A stretch of 64,000 nucleotides of DNA. Origin: the human T2T-CHM13v2.0 reference genome, Homo sapiens. Both the position numbers and the translations under genes were made by a program. Positions 1 through 12,729 of the stretch are shown one piece after another. The notes under the pieces were generated by a model, which saw nothing but the letters and a program-made list of their open reading frames with translations, ran no database searches and was not told the origin of the DNA. Positions within the stretch are counted from its first letter, which is position 1. Each line of letters opens with the position of its first letter. The DNA lies in the NCBI RefSeq assembly GCF_009914755.1, contig NC_060928.1; one strand, given 5' to 3'.

Positions 1-314
1 AAGTTAGAGCATAACTAGTTAGACAACTTGATCTCATTGAAATATTTGGTGCCTGCTGATATGTTCAAACAAATTCACCAGATCTTGATTATGTTCTGGC
101 AATTAAAGCTATTAAGTCAGTAGATAGACAGCAGGTTATTTCATTGCTGGTAGAAAAAGTCAGCTTTCTTTTCTCCCCTTTTTATGTGACAGCACTGTAA
201 TTAGCCTTAATCAAATACTATTTGTGTTAGGTGCTGTAACTTTGCTTTCTTAGCCAGGAAACTCTGCCAATCTAGGAAAAGTAGAAATACAACTTCGGTC
301 AAAAAGCAAGAAAG

Positions 315-405
315 ATAGGGATAGGGTATTTGAGAACTCTCTGTGCTATCTTTGCAACTTCTCTGTAAATCTAAAACTGTTCTAAAATTAAAACTTTAAT
401 TTTTA
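315..405 (+). mobile_element. Old L1M (L1MC/MD-type) 3' end fragment
   Basis: gaactctctgtgctatctttgcaacttctctgtaaatctaaaactgttctaaaatt matches the L1MC-type 3' terminus. Confidence 0.6.
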
Positions 406-802
406 AAAACCAAGAAAAAGAGAGGAAGAGAGGAATGAGAGAGAGAGGCTGTTGAAAGTGAGGCTTCAACTGTAGCAGCATAACATGTAAAAGCAAGCTT
501 TTAGAAGTAGTCAATTCATTTAGAAAATATGGTTCCTCTGGAAATTCCAGGTTAACCCTCTTGTTACATGGGGGAATGCCTTGGTGCTTCTTTTTTTTAC
601 CACTGCAAATAAGTATGTAATGGAGACTACAGCCAGGTAAAGGGAATGGCAATAATCATGAATAAAACTGATTTTTTTTTTAACCATTCATCCAAACTTC
701 TAGTTTATTTTTCCGTGTTTTAAACCCACCATTTATTTTAACATCCCTGGAAGAAAGAGCTCTTCAGATCGTTTTGGGAATGAAGTTAGTGAAGAGGTGA
801 GG

Positions 803-1122
803 CAGGGTTTCTCAAACTTTAATGTGCATACAAGTTGGGTGCAGTGGATCATCCCTGTAGTCCCAGCTATTCAGGAGGCTAAGGCAGGAGGATAGCCTGA
901 GGCCAGGAGTTCAAGACTAGCTTGGGCAACATAGCGAGACCCCTTTGTCTTAACTAACTAACTAAATAAATAAACAAACACACAGACAAATCTCCTAGGG
1001 ATCTTGTGAAATAACACATTTTGATTTGGGAGGTCTAGAATGGTCCCCAAGATTGTGTTTGTAGAAAGCGTCTATTTGATGCCAAAGCTACCGGTCCACA
1101 GACCATAGTTTGAGTAGCAAGG
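803..1122. mobile_element. MER5B-like hAT-Charlie MITE, interrupted by an Alu monomer
   Basis: Starts cagggtttctcaaactttaatgtgcat and ends ggtccacagaccatagtttgagtagcaagg, both MER5 terminal motifs. Confidence 0.65.
834..980 (+). mobile_element. FLAM (Alu left monomer)
   Basis: tgtagtcccagctattcaggaggct...ggccaggagttcaagactagcttgggcaacatagcgagaccc followed by an A-rich tail. Confidence 0.8.
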
Positions 1123-1757
1123 GTACAAAAACTAGTAATTAAGTAAGTGCAACTGGCCAGAAGTAGAACCATGGTATCTTGTCTACGTGGCCGACAATGA
1201 AACATCGGTATGAAGCAGTTGCCAACAAACAGATACTCACTTTCTATTTTCCTTGGCCAATAATACCTTGTGTCAAATTTTCAAAATGCATTGGTAAAAT
1301 GGCATTATACCTTGGGTCAGACTATTAGCTCAGAGAATCCCAATAATGGAAGTAACTATTCTTGTTCAAAGTGCCCCAGCCATGATAGGGAGGCATCAGA
1401 GACAATTGTAAAAGCAATGATCTGATCTTTATTTATTATTTGGACTCTATGTTTCCTCATACCTCAAATTCTGTATCTGTACAATATTAGCAACTAGAAC
1501 TAGTAATATTTTGAGTTTAAGGAAGAAATGTCACACAACTCTTAGAGCCTCCCAGAGGTACTCTGTCATTTTAAGAGATGATGATGGCTATGTTCCACAG
1601 GAGACAACCCTGCCATATGGCTGACATTCACTTGACAACAATATGATTCATTTCACTCCATCCAAAATGGTAAGATAGGCCATTAATGACTTTGAATAAC
1701 TGAAAAACATATTTTTACAGGCATGAGCCACCGCACCCACTGAAAAACATATTTTTA

Positions 1758-2285
1758 AAAATACCTTTTGACCCAGCAATCCCATTGCTGGGTATATACC
1801 CAAAGGAATATAAATCGTTCTACTATAAAGACACATACGTTTATTGCAGCACTATTTACAACAGCAAAGACATGGAACCAACCCAAATGCCCATCAATGA
1901 TAGACTGGATAAAGAACATGTGGTACATATACAACATGGAATACTGTGCAACCATAAAAAGGAATGAGATCATGTCCTTTGCAGGGGCATGGATGAAGCT
2001 GGAAGCCATCATCCTCAGCAAACCAACACAGGAACAAAAAACCAAACACCACATGGTTCTCACTCATAAGTGGAAGTTGAACAATGAGAACACATAGACA
2101 CAAAGAGGGGAACAACACACACCAGGGCCTGATGGGGGATGGGGGTGAGGGGAGGGAACTTAGAGGACGGGTCAATAAGTGCAGCAAACCACCACGGCCC
2201 ATGTATACCTATGTAATAAACCTGCACATTTTGCACATGTGTCCCATTTATTTTTAGAATAAAGAAAAACAAAAATTAAAAAAAA
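1758..2285 (+). mobile_element. 5'-truncated L1PA (L1PA12-like): end of ORF2, 3'UTR and A tail
   Basis: ORF track gives the L1 ORF2 C-terminus (FIAALFTTAKTWNQPKCPSMIDWIK...); G-rich 3'UTR gggagggaacttagaggacgggtcaata; A-rich tail. Confidence 0.9.
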
Positions 2286-2517
2286 CCATATTTTTTACAA
2301 TTTGTGGTAACTGCCACAAATGCCACATGTCTAGTTCTCCACCAGGTTTTTTACTCCTTTATACAATGTTTGAATTCCAAACAATGGTCCTTTTACTTTA
2401 TTTATTTATTTATTTTTAATTTTATTTTCTGTTTTATTGGTACACAAGAGATGTACTTCTACTTATTTTAGATTTCTTCCATATCTTGATTAATGCAACT
2501 CAATTAGGCTTTAAATC

Positions 2518-2719
2518 CAGTGGTATGCTGGCAAATAGCTAACAACCAGCTCTCCAGGAAAAGTAAAAAAAGAAAGAGAAGTCTTGGTATGTACCTTTGG
2601 TCAATTTTGATGATGTAAATACTCTCAGCATGGCCAATTTCAAGTACCAACTTGGCTTTACCGAATATAAAATTAGGAAGAAATGTACATAATCACAAGT
2701 CTGCTCCAGTACATAACAG
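2518..2719. mobile_element. MER63-like hAT DNA transposon remnant
   Basis: cagtggtatgctggcaaatagctaacaaccagctctcc start and degenerate inverted end gctccagtacataacag. Confidence 0.55.
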
Positions 2720-3451
2720 CAAGTGACCCCAAAGACATAAAACATTGTTGTTTTAATAATTAAATTACAAAAATCTAGCAGGGGTAAAAGTATTCTACAA
2801 TTCCAAGACAGCTTGTCTCTTAAATTGCTTTCACTTTGTTACTGAAAAGTAGAAGTCCATGAGTGTTTTTATAAACCCAAAATAACTCCCTGCTAGTTTT
2901 TTTTTTTTTTTTAATGACAGTCTCATGATCTGTGTAATTACCACAGAATCTTATAAGCCATTTGGATTTTCATGACACAAACATACTGAAAGTTTGGAAT
3001 TCTGTATGAACTTGAGAGTTGAACCTTTCCATTTTTGTTTTTTCCTACTATTATAAGCTCTCCCTTCCGTAAGTATTAGGCATGGCTCAGGCAGCCTCTG
3101 TGGCCATAACAATCTGCAGAAAATACTAAAACATCACCATGTTTTAAAATGTTCCCTACAATTGCCTTTGAGAATGGCAGCTTAATATCTTCATGTCCTC
3201 TCCTATATCTGAACTGCTTTGCTTCAATTTTTTAAAAAGCTGTCTTATGTTAAAAAGGACAACAGAATGAGAAAACTGCAATTGTAGCCAAAATGTTGTA
3301 ACAATGGTGTGTTTTATGCACACTTAACATATATAACTGTTTCTAACACATCATTTCTTCATTCTATTTTTAATCTATCTGAGATTCTTTATTAAACTGT
3401 GTTTTTTATATTTTTAGTCACAAGTACACCTGCTTATTACCAGTGAGGGTC

Positions 3452-3574
3452 TTTTTTATTTTATTTTTAGAGAAAAGAGTGTCTTGCTATGTTGTCCTGG
3501 ATAACCAAGAACCCCTGGGCTCAAGGGATCCTCCCGTGTAGCTGGGACTACCAGCACACACCACCACTGCCAGC
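3452..3574 (-). mobile_element. FLAM/FAM Alu monomer
   Basis: T-tract then gtcttgctatgttg...ctcaagggatcctccc...gtagctgggactac; flanked by TSD-like ccagtgagg(g/t)tctt. Confidence 0.75.
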
Positions 3575-5160
3575 TCCAGTGAGGTTCTTATAAGAACACA
3601 AAAGCACAGAAGGCTACAGCTCACAGGATTGGGGGAAGGGAGGGCACTGGTGAAAAACTATCTGGCCAAGTAATATAATTAACTTGAAGAAAAACATTTG
3701 CATCATAACTATACTTGTGTCTTTTTCCATCAGCAAAAGCCAAAACCAAGCAAATAAAAAGCCACCACCATTCACCCACCACCTTGAACACAAATGATTT
3801 TGGCAGTGCAGTCAACATGAAAAAATACTGCTTGAAACAAACCAAGAAAAAATTGCTTCCAATCAAGTCTTCCTGCTTGCTTTCATTGTATTCACTTTCA
3901 TACCATTTGAAATATGTATCATGTGTACCTGTTAACTCTTCGAAAATGAATCTTCTAAAGTCTTCCAATTTTTTGAACTTTTCTTAAAATTCATTTTAAC
4001 CGAGCACCCCACTTATGATGAACACGTTAGGTTTTAACACATGCAGAACACGGCACAGTACACCCCCTGCCATTCTCCAGATGTTAGGAACTAGAAACAT
4101 GCAAGGATTTTTCATGTTAGAAAAATGGTGAAGTCAGCTCATCAAAGGTAAAACAGGCAGAATATGTCCCTGCCTTTGCCTTTCCTAAGATGCATTTACA
4201 TTCACTTGGTTTGTCTCTAGTTTGACAGGATTATTAATAGGATGGGCTTACCACTCATGTAGATGAATCTCTTAGCCACAGAAAAGCCTTTTACTATCTT
4301 ACGTGTTTCTGACCGATGCCTGATGACTCTACCAGCGGATCTTCACAGTAACCAGAGATGTGGGCTAGTGATCAGTTACAGAGCAAAATTGCTAACATTA
4401 TTGTCACTAAATTGGAGTCCAGCATTATTTTAACAAATTTTTTTTACATCAACGAGCAGTCTTTGGTTAACAGGCTTTAAGAATGACAAAAATACCCATC
4501 ATGAAAGGAAAAAGTGTTCACAACACTGGACCTTCTTGAATGACTGCGATACAGCCCTCCTGACTTCCCACTAATCAAGTGCACTAGCCCTCCTGGATAT
4601 AAGCTGAAGCTACATCAAGAACTAAAAAAGAGACATGAAGAATAAAGATCTGAGGGACATAGACATGAACATGGACATACATGTACACATAGATATATTC
4701 TGGTAAATAAAAGAATATTCATGCCATTTTTAACAATTGTGAAGAAATTTAATTATACTTAAAGTAAGGATCAAAATTGAAAAAAGTCCTAATATTAGAA
4801 GAATCAACACAGCAACAATGGAAAAGAGAGGCTCTTTTTTTCTCTGAGGGTCACTTCATAAATATTTGGGAATTTCTCACTGCTAAGTAAAAAGAGGAGA
4901 AGCAGATGATGAAAAGGAGGAGTTATAGGAGTTCAATGAAAGGCAGTCGCCCCCTCAAAATTCACAGCTCTTCCCTGAGGTCACCTTTCTGTCTCTTCAC
5001 TGGTGCCCTTCCTGTGGGTAGCATGTGGGAAACAGGGGAAGGAAAAGGGATTGAGAATCAAGCTGGCATTAAAATACAATCTTACCCTATTTCCCTGTGG
5101 CCTACAGTACTCCCCTTTTGAAAAAATAACGTGGAAAAAATGTTGTTAGTTTTCTTTTTA

Positions 5161-5164
<4 letters not shown>

Positions 5165-5203
<39 letters not shown>
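5165..5203. repeat. (CA)n microsatellite
   Basis: About 19 uninterrupted AC units. Confidence 0.97.
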
Positions 5204-5207
<4 letters not shown>

Positions 5208-5634
5208 ATTCTTCATCCCCGGCAGTTTCCCAAATGAGATCTGCCATCATGAGGTTGCATACATAAGGCGGTGAGAGAGAGTGTGCCTCTCCTGCCAGGC
5301 CTGAAGAGTTCTTGAGGGCATCTAAAACTGAAAGCTTTTAGCAAAACACAGATGCAAGCAAATTACAAAATCATAGTGTCTGCAGGACTGGATTCTGGTT
5401 GGCACAGGTTTGGAACTGATTTTTTCAAACGCCTGGACAAAGGGGAAACAGCCTCCCTGCCTCTTGGCCAGCCCTGTGCTGCATTCAGATCTCACTCTGT
5501 ATTGTTTTCTTGCCATACTTGTATTTAAAGTCAACCTCTGTTTCCCAACAGACACCCCCACAGATACACACCCTAGGCTCCACATGACTTTCAAGTCACG
5601 TTAGGGCATCTGTCCTTCCTCAAGAATCTGTGAA

Positions 5635-6029
5635 AAGTGAGACCCTGTCTCAAAAAAAAAAAAAAAAAGAGAAAAGAAAAGAAAAGCCAGGTGCAGTGGC
5701 TCATGCCTGTAATCCCAGCACTTTGGGAGGCCAAGGCGGGTAGATTACCTGAGGTCAGGAGTTCGAGACCAGCCTGGCCAGCATGGTGAAACCCAGTCTC
5801 TACTAAAAATACAAAAATTAGCCAGGCATGGGGGCACACGCCTATAGTCTCGGCTAAGTCAGGAGGCTTTATACAATGACATTTTTAAGTCAGGAGGCTA
5901 AGGCATGAGAATCACTGAACCTCGGAGGTGGAGGTTGCTGTGAGCCAAGATCGTGCCACTACACTCCAGCCTGGGCAACAGAGTGAGGCTCTGTCTTAAA
6001 AAAAAAAAAAAAAAGAAAAAAGAAAAAAA
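5635..6029 (+). mobile_element. Extremely truncated Alu tail (5635-5686) followed by a full AluS (5687-6029)
   Basis: gtgagaccctgtctc(A)n then gccaggtgcagtggctcatgcctgtaatcccagc...; the whole unit is flanked by aagaatctgtgaa (5622-5634 and 6030-6042). Confidence 0.9.
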
Positions 6030-6229
6030 AAGAATCTGTGAAGTGTAGACCAGAGCCCATATGAGGTTTATTTGCAATTGAAGTTAAACAACACTAGGGA
6101 CTCAATTTGACCCCCATTACCTGGCTGCTTTATCTTAGTGCCTCAGTTTCTCCTTGGGTCAAGAAGGTTACTAATGACCCTTGGCAAGTCAGCAGGCAAA
6201 ACCATTCTTACAGTAATAAGTTTGATGAC

Positions 6230-6445
6230 TACATAGTGCTTGTTACAGTCCAGACTTTCTCTAAGTGCTCTTTCTGTATTAATTTACTTAATCCTCACAA
6301 ACTCCCTGAGGTGGGTTCTGTTAGGCCCATTTTACAGATGAGGACACTAAGGCACAAGGAGGTCAAGTACTCTGCCACCTTGAGAGGAAGAACAGGCTTG
6401 AAATCCTGTAGTTCCACTCCAGAAACCAGCTCTTAACTACCATCT
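6230..6445 (-). mobile_element. MIR
   Basis: taatcctcacaa...cccattttacagatgaggacactaaggcac is the reverse complement of the MIR core. Confidence 0.8.
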
Positions 6446-6631
6446 CTCAGTAAGAACTTTTTCAGCATACATGACCATTTAAATGCCTTCATTTGCACAC
6501 ACTTTAGTGGTTGCAGGGAGTACAGAAAGCAAATCCCACCGCTGATGTCTGGAGGACAGAGGAGGCTGTATCCTACCAGCATTTTCCAGTCCCAGGGTAG
6601 CAAGCAGAGCAGCGTGCTGCCCCAAACCTAC

Positions 6632-6661
6632 CTGGAAGCACTCAAGTGACTATAGCCAGAC
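6632..6661 (-). other. Candidate 30-nt internal microexon of a minus-strand transcript
   Basis: Minus strand reads ctctacttctgtttctcttgctctgcttgtgttttctgtcag|GTCTGGCTATAGTCACTTGAGTGCTTCCAG|gtaggt: long polypyrimidine tract, CAG acceptor and near-consensus donor in unique DNA. Confidence 0.6.
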
Positions 6662-7734
6662 CTGACAGAAAACACAAGCAGAGCAAGAGAAACAGAAGTA
6701 GAGGGTGCCGGCCCTCCCATCCCAGCCAGAGTGGGAAGGGATGGAGATGGAGCAAAGCCAGCCAGCCAGTGAATGGGAGACCTGAGGTGAATGGTCCAGG
6801 AACTCAGCACTGATCTTGATAACCTGCAGAGGAAGGAGCTTCCTGAGTGGAAGGGAGGGAAGGTTTGCAGTCTCCTTCTCCCCTTTGCAGACCCTCCACT
6901 GCATACCAGATAATGATGGGCTGACCAGGATTTGTAGCACACTCCCACCATCCCCGCCGTGGGATAGGTAGGTAGGTAGATAGAGAGGCAGGGCACGGGA
7001 AGAGAGACAGACTGATTTAAAATACTCAAGATGGAACCAGTCACTCCTCACTTCACCCCTGCTCCCTTCTACTTCCCCACATTTTTGCATCAGAAAAATA
7101 TGTTTGGAGAAATGAACACACACACACACCCTCTCTCTCTTTCTTCTTTCAGCACATTCTTTTGTCAAGGACCTTTATAAGCATGAAGAATTTCCACATT
7201 TGATAATTTACAGCAAACTTTTCATTTGGGTATTAAAATGTAGACATATGAAAAGCTCCCTGACACCACTTCTGGCAATAGTAACATATTTATGTAAAAG
7301 AATTCACAATACAGATTTTATGTTAATATTCCTTAATCTTTACTTCTTGCATTTCAACTTAACCTCGCTCATAGGAAACAGCTTCCAGACTCCCCTTCAA
7401 ATATTCATAGGGCCTACTGTAGATGAGAAAAGCATGCTCTACCTAAACACATGCCTCCCCTATCTATCTCCTCAACCTCGCTGCCACTATAAACATTGGC
7501 AGCCCTGACTATACCGGCGATTCCGCACCACTGACTCACAAAAAAGTGTTTCCAAGGTGAAGCACCTGATGGAGTAGACACATGTTAAGTAACATATTGG
7601 AGTTCCTAAAATTTTGATAGAAATATAAATAAATCAAGTTTTCAGACCTTGATCTGCCACTAACATCTGACCTTGGGCAATATTCAACAGCATTTGATGA
7701 AGATTTTTCATTAACTACTGGGTATGAGGTCAGT

Positions 7735-8285
7735 GGGTTATGAAAGATACAGTCCCTGCCTTCCAGATATTTGCCATCTAGTGAAAAAGGTAGACATAGA
7801 AACACGAGCTGCAATCAAAGCAAAGTACAACTATTGTCAGAGAAGTCTGCAAATGAGTGTTGTGGAAATGCAAGGAATCAATAATTAAATTGAACTGAGA
7901 GGATTAGAGCAGGCTTCACGGACAAGGTAGCATTTGAGTAGAGCATTGGATGAAATTAGTTGGATTTTGATAGGTGGAGAAGATGAGCAAGAAAACACAA
8001 GCAAAAGCTGGAAGTAGGAAATGCTTGGCAGCACACAAAGGCAGGAGAGTAGCCAGGGGGATTGAAGCACAGTCTGTGGAGGACTATGGTGACAGGGAGG
8101 TAGATGGTGGCTCTGAAATCATGGTAGGGACTTTGGACTTACTGTGCAGGCAGTGCAGATCCACCCAGGGTCTTAAGAGGAAAATGGAGCATGGGTTTTA
8201 AAAATGGATCAGACAATCAAGAGATTAGTAAGCAGAAGGTGATTAGGAGGACGCCCAAGCAGTTTAGGTAATAGATGATGAGGAA
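7735..8285 (-). mobile_element. L2 fragment
   Basis: aagatacagtccctgccttccag...atctagtg and purine-rich continuation typical of antisense L2 3' region. Confidence 0.65.
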
Positions 8286-8399
8286 AGTCATTCAATTTCA
8301 GGGACTTAGCACCATCTCCTTTTCTCCAAATGAGGGAACAAGGTCAGCTAGAGAAGCAACAAGCCTAAATATCTTGAGGCGGACTTAGGGGCTCACTCT

Positions 8400-8580
8400 C
8401 CTGAGGTTCTAACTGCACCTGGTACATGATCTTCATCACAGCAGCTCCCATTGAATTTTCACAGTTCACTTTCATGTCTGTCTTCTTACCATTAAAAGTG
8501 CCTTATAAGCAGGGCCTATGGCTTTTCACTGTTTCCAGAGGCCTAGAAGAGCACCTAGCATATGGCAGTCAGTCAAACAT
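8400..8580 (+). mobile_element. L2 3' end
   Basis: gcagggcctatggcttttcactgtttccagaggcctagaagagcacctagcatatggcag resembles the L2 terminus. Confidence 0.55.
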
Positions 8581-8831
8581 CCCAATCATGCTACTCTATT
8601 TGTTTTGATTTCCAGAGAAAGATATGGAATCGCCCATAATCACAGATGAGAAAATAAAAAATCCAAATTTCCTGTCTCTACTGTTAACTAGTTCTGTCTT
8701 AGAACTAGAAAGCCTTAGAATTATGATATGTGTCTATGTATTAAGGACCGAGGGGTTAGTTTCACATTCTTTTCATATCCCAGTTTTCCTTTCTAGTTCT
8801 CAAAAAGTGGAACCACCAGCTTCCAACCTCT

Positions 8832-8897
8832 TTATCTCCTCTAATTACTAACTCTTCTCACTGAGTTATCTCCTCTAATTACTAACTCTTCTCACTG
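8832..8897. repeat. Perfect 32-bp tandem duplication (period 34)
   Basis: ttatctcctctaattactaactcttctcactg at 8832-8863 and 8866-8897. Confidence 0.95.
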
Positions 8898-9732
8898 TAC
8901 CTTCTGGGCTACCTAAACTGCACTGCAACTACAACTCATCACGAGCCTCCCAGGCCCCTCTCAATCAACTCTCATTTGGTGATTGTGGACTAAACCACAG
9001 AAAGTGTCCAAAGGACTCTCTTTATCTCCAGCTCCACAGATTCTGTTTCAAATGTCAACTTCCCTCAAATTCTTGGCTGCACACCAGGTATAACTATATT
9101 TAATGATATTGGTATCTGAATGAACACAACAGAACCTTAGAGAATAAACCCTCAATATTCATGAATTCCCAAATTCAGAAATACAATAGCATATAATTTG
9201 CCTTGTGCTTCATAATATAAATATGACTGAAAATGTAAGGGATCTCCTCAACCCCTAATGACTTATTTCCCTCTTAAGGAGTGATTTTTGCATTAGTCAT
9301 ATTTTGCTCTGAAATAATTTTAATTTTTTTTCTTATTTTCATATGGTAAATTCATTCATGGCCATGACTTAACCACTCTTTAATCTGGTCAATACTTCCA
9401 TTTTCTGGGTTAGGTAGAATTACTTTCTTAGTCTTCTTCACTTCCATCTCTGATACTAGCACTTGACTTTCTTTGGGGAGCCATTTCTAAAGAAGACACC
9501 TTAAAAAAAATCACAGTGTGAGCATTCCCTGGTCCAGACTTGGAATGGACCTTTCTCATGGCCCTATGAGATTGGGAGGATCAGCAGTGGGCGTGGCTCA
9601 TTCACTAGTGGACCCACTTGCTCTCAGAACCCATTTTAGCTTGTAAATTCAAGATTCAAATTTATGCTTTGGCAAAACTACAGATTTCTTTCTATCTCAC
9701 ACTTTTGATGTTCTTTTAAATACACAAAATGC

Positions 9733-9920
9733 TTTTCTTTTTTTTTAAAATTTCCAACTTTTAAGTTCAGGGGTACCTATGCAGGATGTACAGGTTTGTT
9801 ACATAGGTAAATGTGTGCCACGGTGGTTTGTTGCACAGATCATCCTGTCACCCAGGTATTAAGCCCAGTATCCATTAGCTATTTTTCCTGATCCTCTCCC
9901 TCCTTCCCCCACCACTCTCC
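9733..9920 (-). mobile_element. Short L1PA13-like 3' end
   Basis: aacttttaagttcaggggtac...gtttgttacataggtaaa...cacagatcatcc...gtattaagcccag; flanked by cacaaaatg repeats (TSD). Confidence 0.85.
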
Positions 9921-10294
9921 ACAAAATGTTAAATCTGCAAATACCAGGTGTCTATTAAGGAACCAAATAAATCTTGCCCTCTACAGTGGTAGCCACATTG
10001 GGCAACATTTCTAAGGTTTATTATAAAAATATATCCAATCCTTTGTTCAAAATGTCCTTGAAGTTCAACTTTGAAATGACCATCAGAACCAGTTTACAAG
10101 CCTTATCAGAAAACAGAGGCCCATGACTTTATAGTCACATTTTGTTTTTGACTCAGAGATGCATCACTCCATGTGATCAACAACCACCTTAGCCACTAGA
10201 CTTGGCTCCTTATGCTTTTTTCACTTCCTGCAAAGTCAAGCCACTAAAATAGTTGCCACCAAATAACAGTAATAGCAAAAGTGTGCTAAAATGA

Positions 10295-10442
10295 GAGAAG
10301 GTTTTGGGAAGATGGCAATGTTCCATATCATAATTGTGATGGTGATTATACAAATGTATACATTTATCTAAACTCACAGAAGTATGCACTGAAAATTAGT
10401 GAATTTTACTTTATGTAAATTATACCTCAATTAAAAGTTTTA
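10295..10442 (+). mobile_element. L1ME/MD 3' end
   Basis: ggtgattatacaaatgtatacattt...tgtaaattatacctcaattaaa. Confidence 0.7.
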
Positions 10443-10610
10443 AATTGTGAATTCTGACGACAATTTGCAAAGAGGAATTATCCATATCTTAAGTATGAAA
10501 ATAAATGAATGAAGCTTTTGATAATTCTAAAGGAGCAAAACAATAACAATCATTTAGATTAGCTAGAGAACTATACACTTATAAACAAAATACAACACAG
10601 AATACATTAC

Positions 10611-11381
10611 CTAGATTATGCACCAAAAATACCAGGTATTTCATTTTCTCTTTCAGATGAATATACTACCTGGATTCTCTTTCAGTAAGACTGTGTTTCT
10701 GATGAAGTTCATTGAGCCATTTACATTTTATCTTGGATTTGTGACCACTGATATTCAGCTGTTGGATGACTACTTAGAGTAAGAATCCAGTGTTTAGCCA
10801 TAAATCAAGCTACTTGGCTCATTCAGGTGTTTCATCCTTCTTCTTAGCATAGTGAAATCATGCTATGGTCAACTAAGTTAAGTGACCCAGTCATAGGGCC
10901 AGGCCGTGGGTCACTAATATTGGGCTTTAAAAGAGTTCTCTAAAACCAGCAGGATTTCTCCAACAAGTCATTTCAAACCTCAGGAGCTTTGTTTTGGCTG
11001 CAGTGCATGAATAGCAAAGGCAGGCTGAATTCGCTTTCCCTACTTCAGTCCATTGTTTAGGTCACATGCAGGCCAAATTCAAAACAGTGCTGAATCTATC
11101 GGCGAAGATTAAAACACTGGAAAGTCATTATTGATTCGTTTGGGCGGGTCTACGTCGTAAAGGTTAAGTGTAGTAAGTGTAGGTTCTGGACCACAGACTC
11201 TTGGAAACTCTTTGTTTCCTTGAGCAGTTATTACTGGAAGGGAGCCTTGGCATCACCCCCACAGGGAGCTATATATTCAAGTCAGGCCCCAGTCAGGATA
11301 TTTCTTGGTCAAAGGATAAATGAGGTCTCCTAAAATAGTCCTGACAGGCCACCAACATCTGTGAATACCACAAGTTCACAC
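10611..11381 (-). other. Candidate long (about 771 nt) non-coding exon
   Basis: Acceptor ttttgattacag|GTGTGAAC at 11382/11381 and donor CTAG|gtaatg at 10611/10610; repeat-free with no long ORF; splice sites only moderate. Confidence 0.3.
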
Positions 11382-11528
11382 CTGTAATCAAAACCACTTA
11401 TTCTCCAAAAAACAAAAACAAAAACCAGCTCAGAGGATGGGATGCTGCCACAATTGTCTCTCCCTTGGAGACAAAGAATGGTCAAAAACCACTTGCTTTG
11501 ATAAATCTTGCTGAAGCAACAAAAATAG

Positions 11529-12091
<563 letters not shown>

Positions 12092-12729
12092 ATTTAATTG
12101 AACTTAGTAAGTGTCTGTTACATGAGTACTATGTTAACCACTATTATAGGAGATTTTGGAGAAGTATAAGGCATGTTATCATTCCTTAATGTACTTATAA
12201 TTTCATTGAGAAAGGCAGTGTACACATTAAACAGCTAGTTGAGCGAATTTGGCAATATCCTAAACATTGCTGGGCTTCTATTTCCTCACTGGTAAAATGA
12301 AGGAGTCAGAAGAGATGATTCCCGAGACTCTTCTAGGTCTCAAGTTCTATAAACCTTTCAATGCCTACGTAGAAAACAATCCAAGATAATATATGGTGAA
12401 GTCCAGATAATATATGGTCAAGTCCATATATTATATTGTATTTATTGATAAATAATCAATACGATAGGAGGTCAGAGAAGAGAGAGATCAATTTTGAGGT
12501 GGCAAAGGTTTTCTGGAAAAAGAAACTTCAGCTTGGACTTGAAGGACGGGTAGAATGTGAAAGGGGCAGGAGGTGGTCACTGTTTACTAAGAGTGCAGAG
12601 GGCTTGTGCAGGGTGACTGGAAAAATTCTTGATTAGGGACAGGGAAGATGAGTTTGTATTTGTCTCTGTGGATAAAGGGATTATATGTTGTCAAGTGGTG
12701 GATTTAAGTAGGGGAAGTGATATGACGAC

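Noticed and set aside
3621-3968. 115-aa minus-strand ORF with a hydrophobic stretch (WWWLFICLVLAF)
   Set aside because: Starts at TTG, has no recognisable family and no convincing splice boundaries; hydrophobicity is explained by T/G-rich sequence. A protein search or PhyloCSF would be needed to rescue it.
4290-4400. TGATGA (C-box-like) motif and a minus-strand CAC|GTAAGA donor
   Set aside because: No properly placed CTGA D box or terminal stem for a snoRNA, and no convincing acceptor to pair with the donor
6628-7168. Overlapping 138-aa and 172-aa minus-strand ORFs
   Set aside because: They run through simple repeats and a polypyrimidine tract with non-ATG starts; only the 30-nt splice-bounded piece is retained as a candidate
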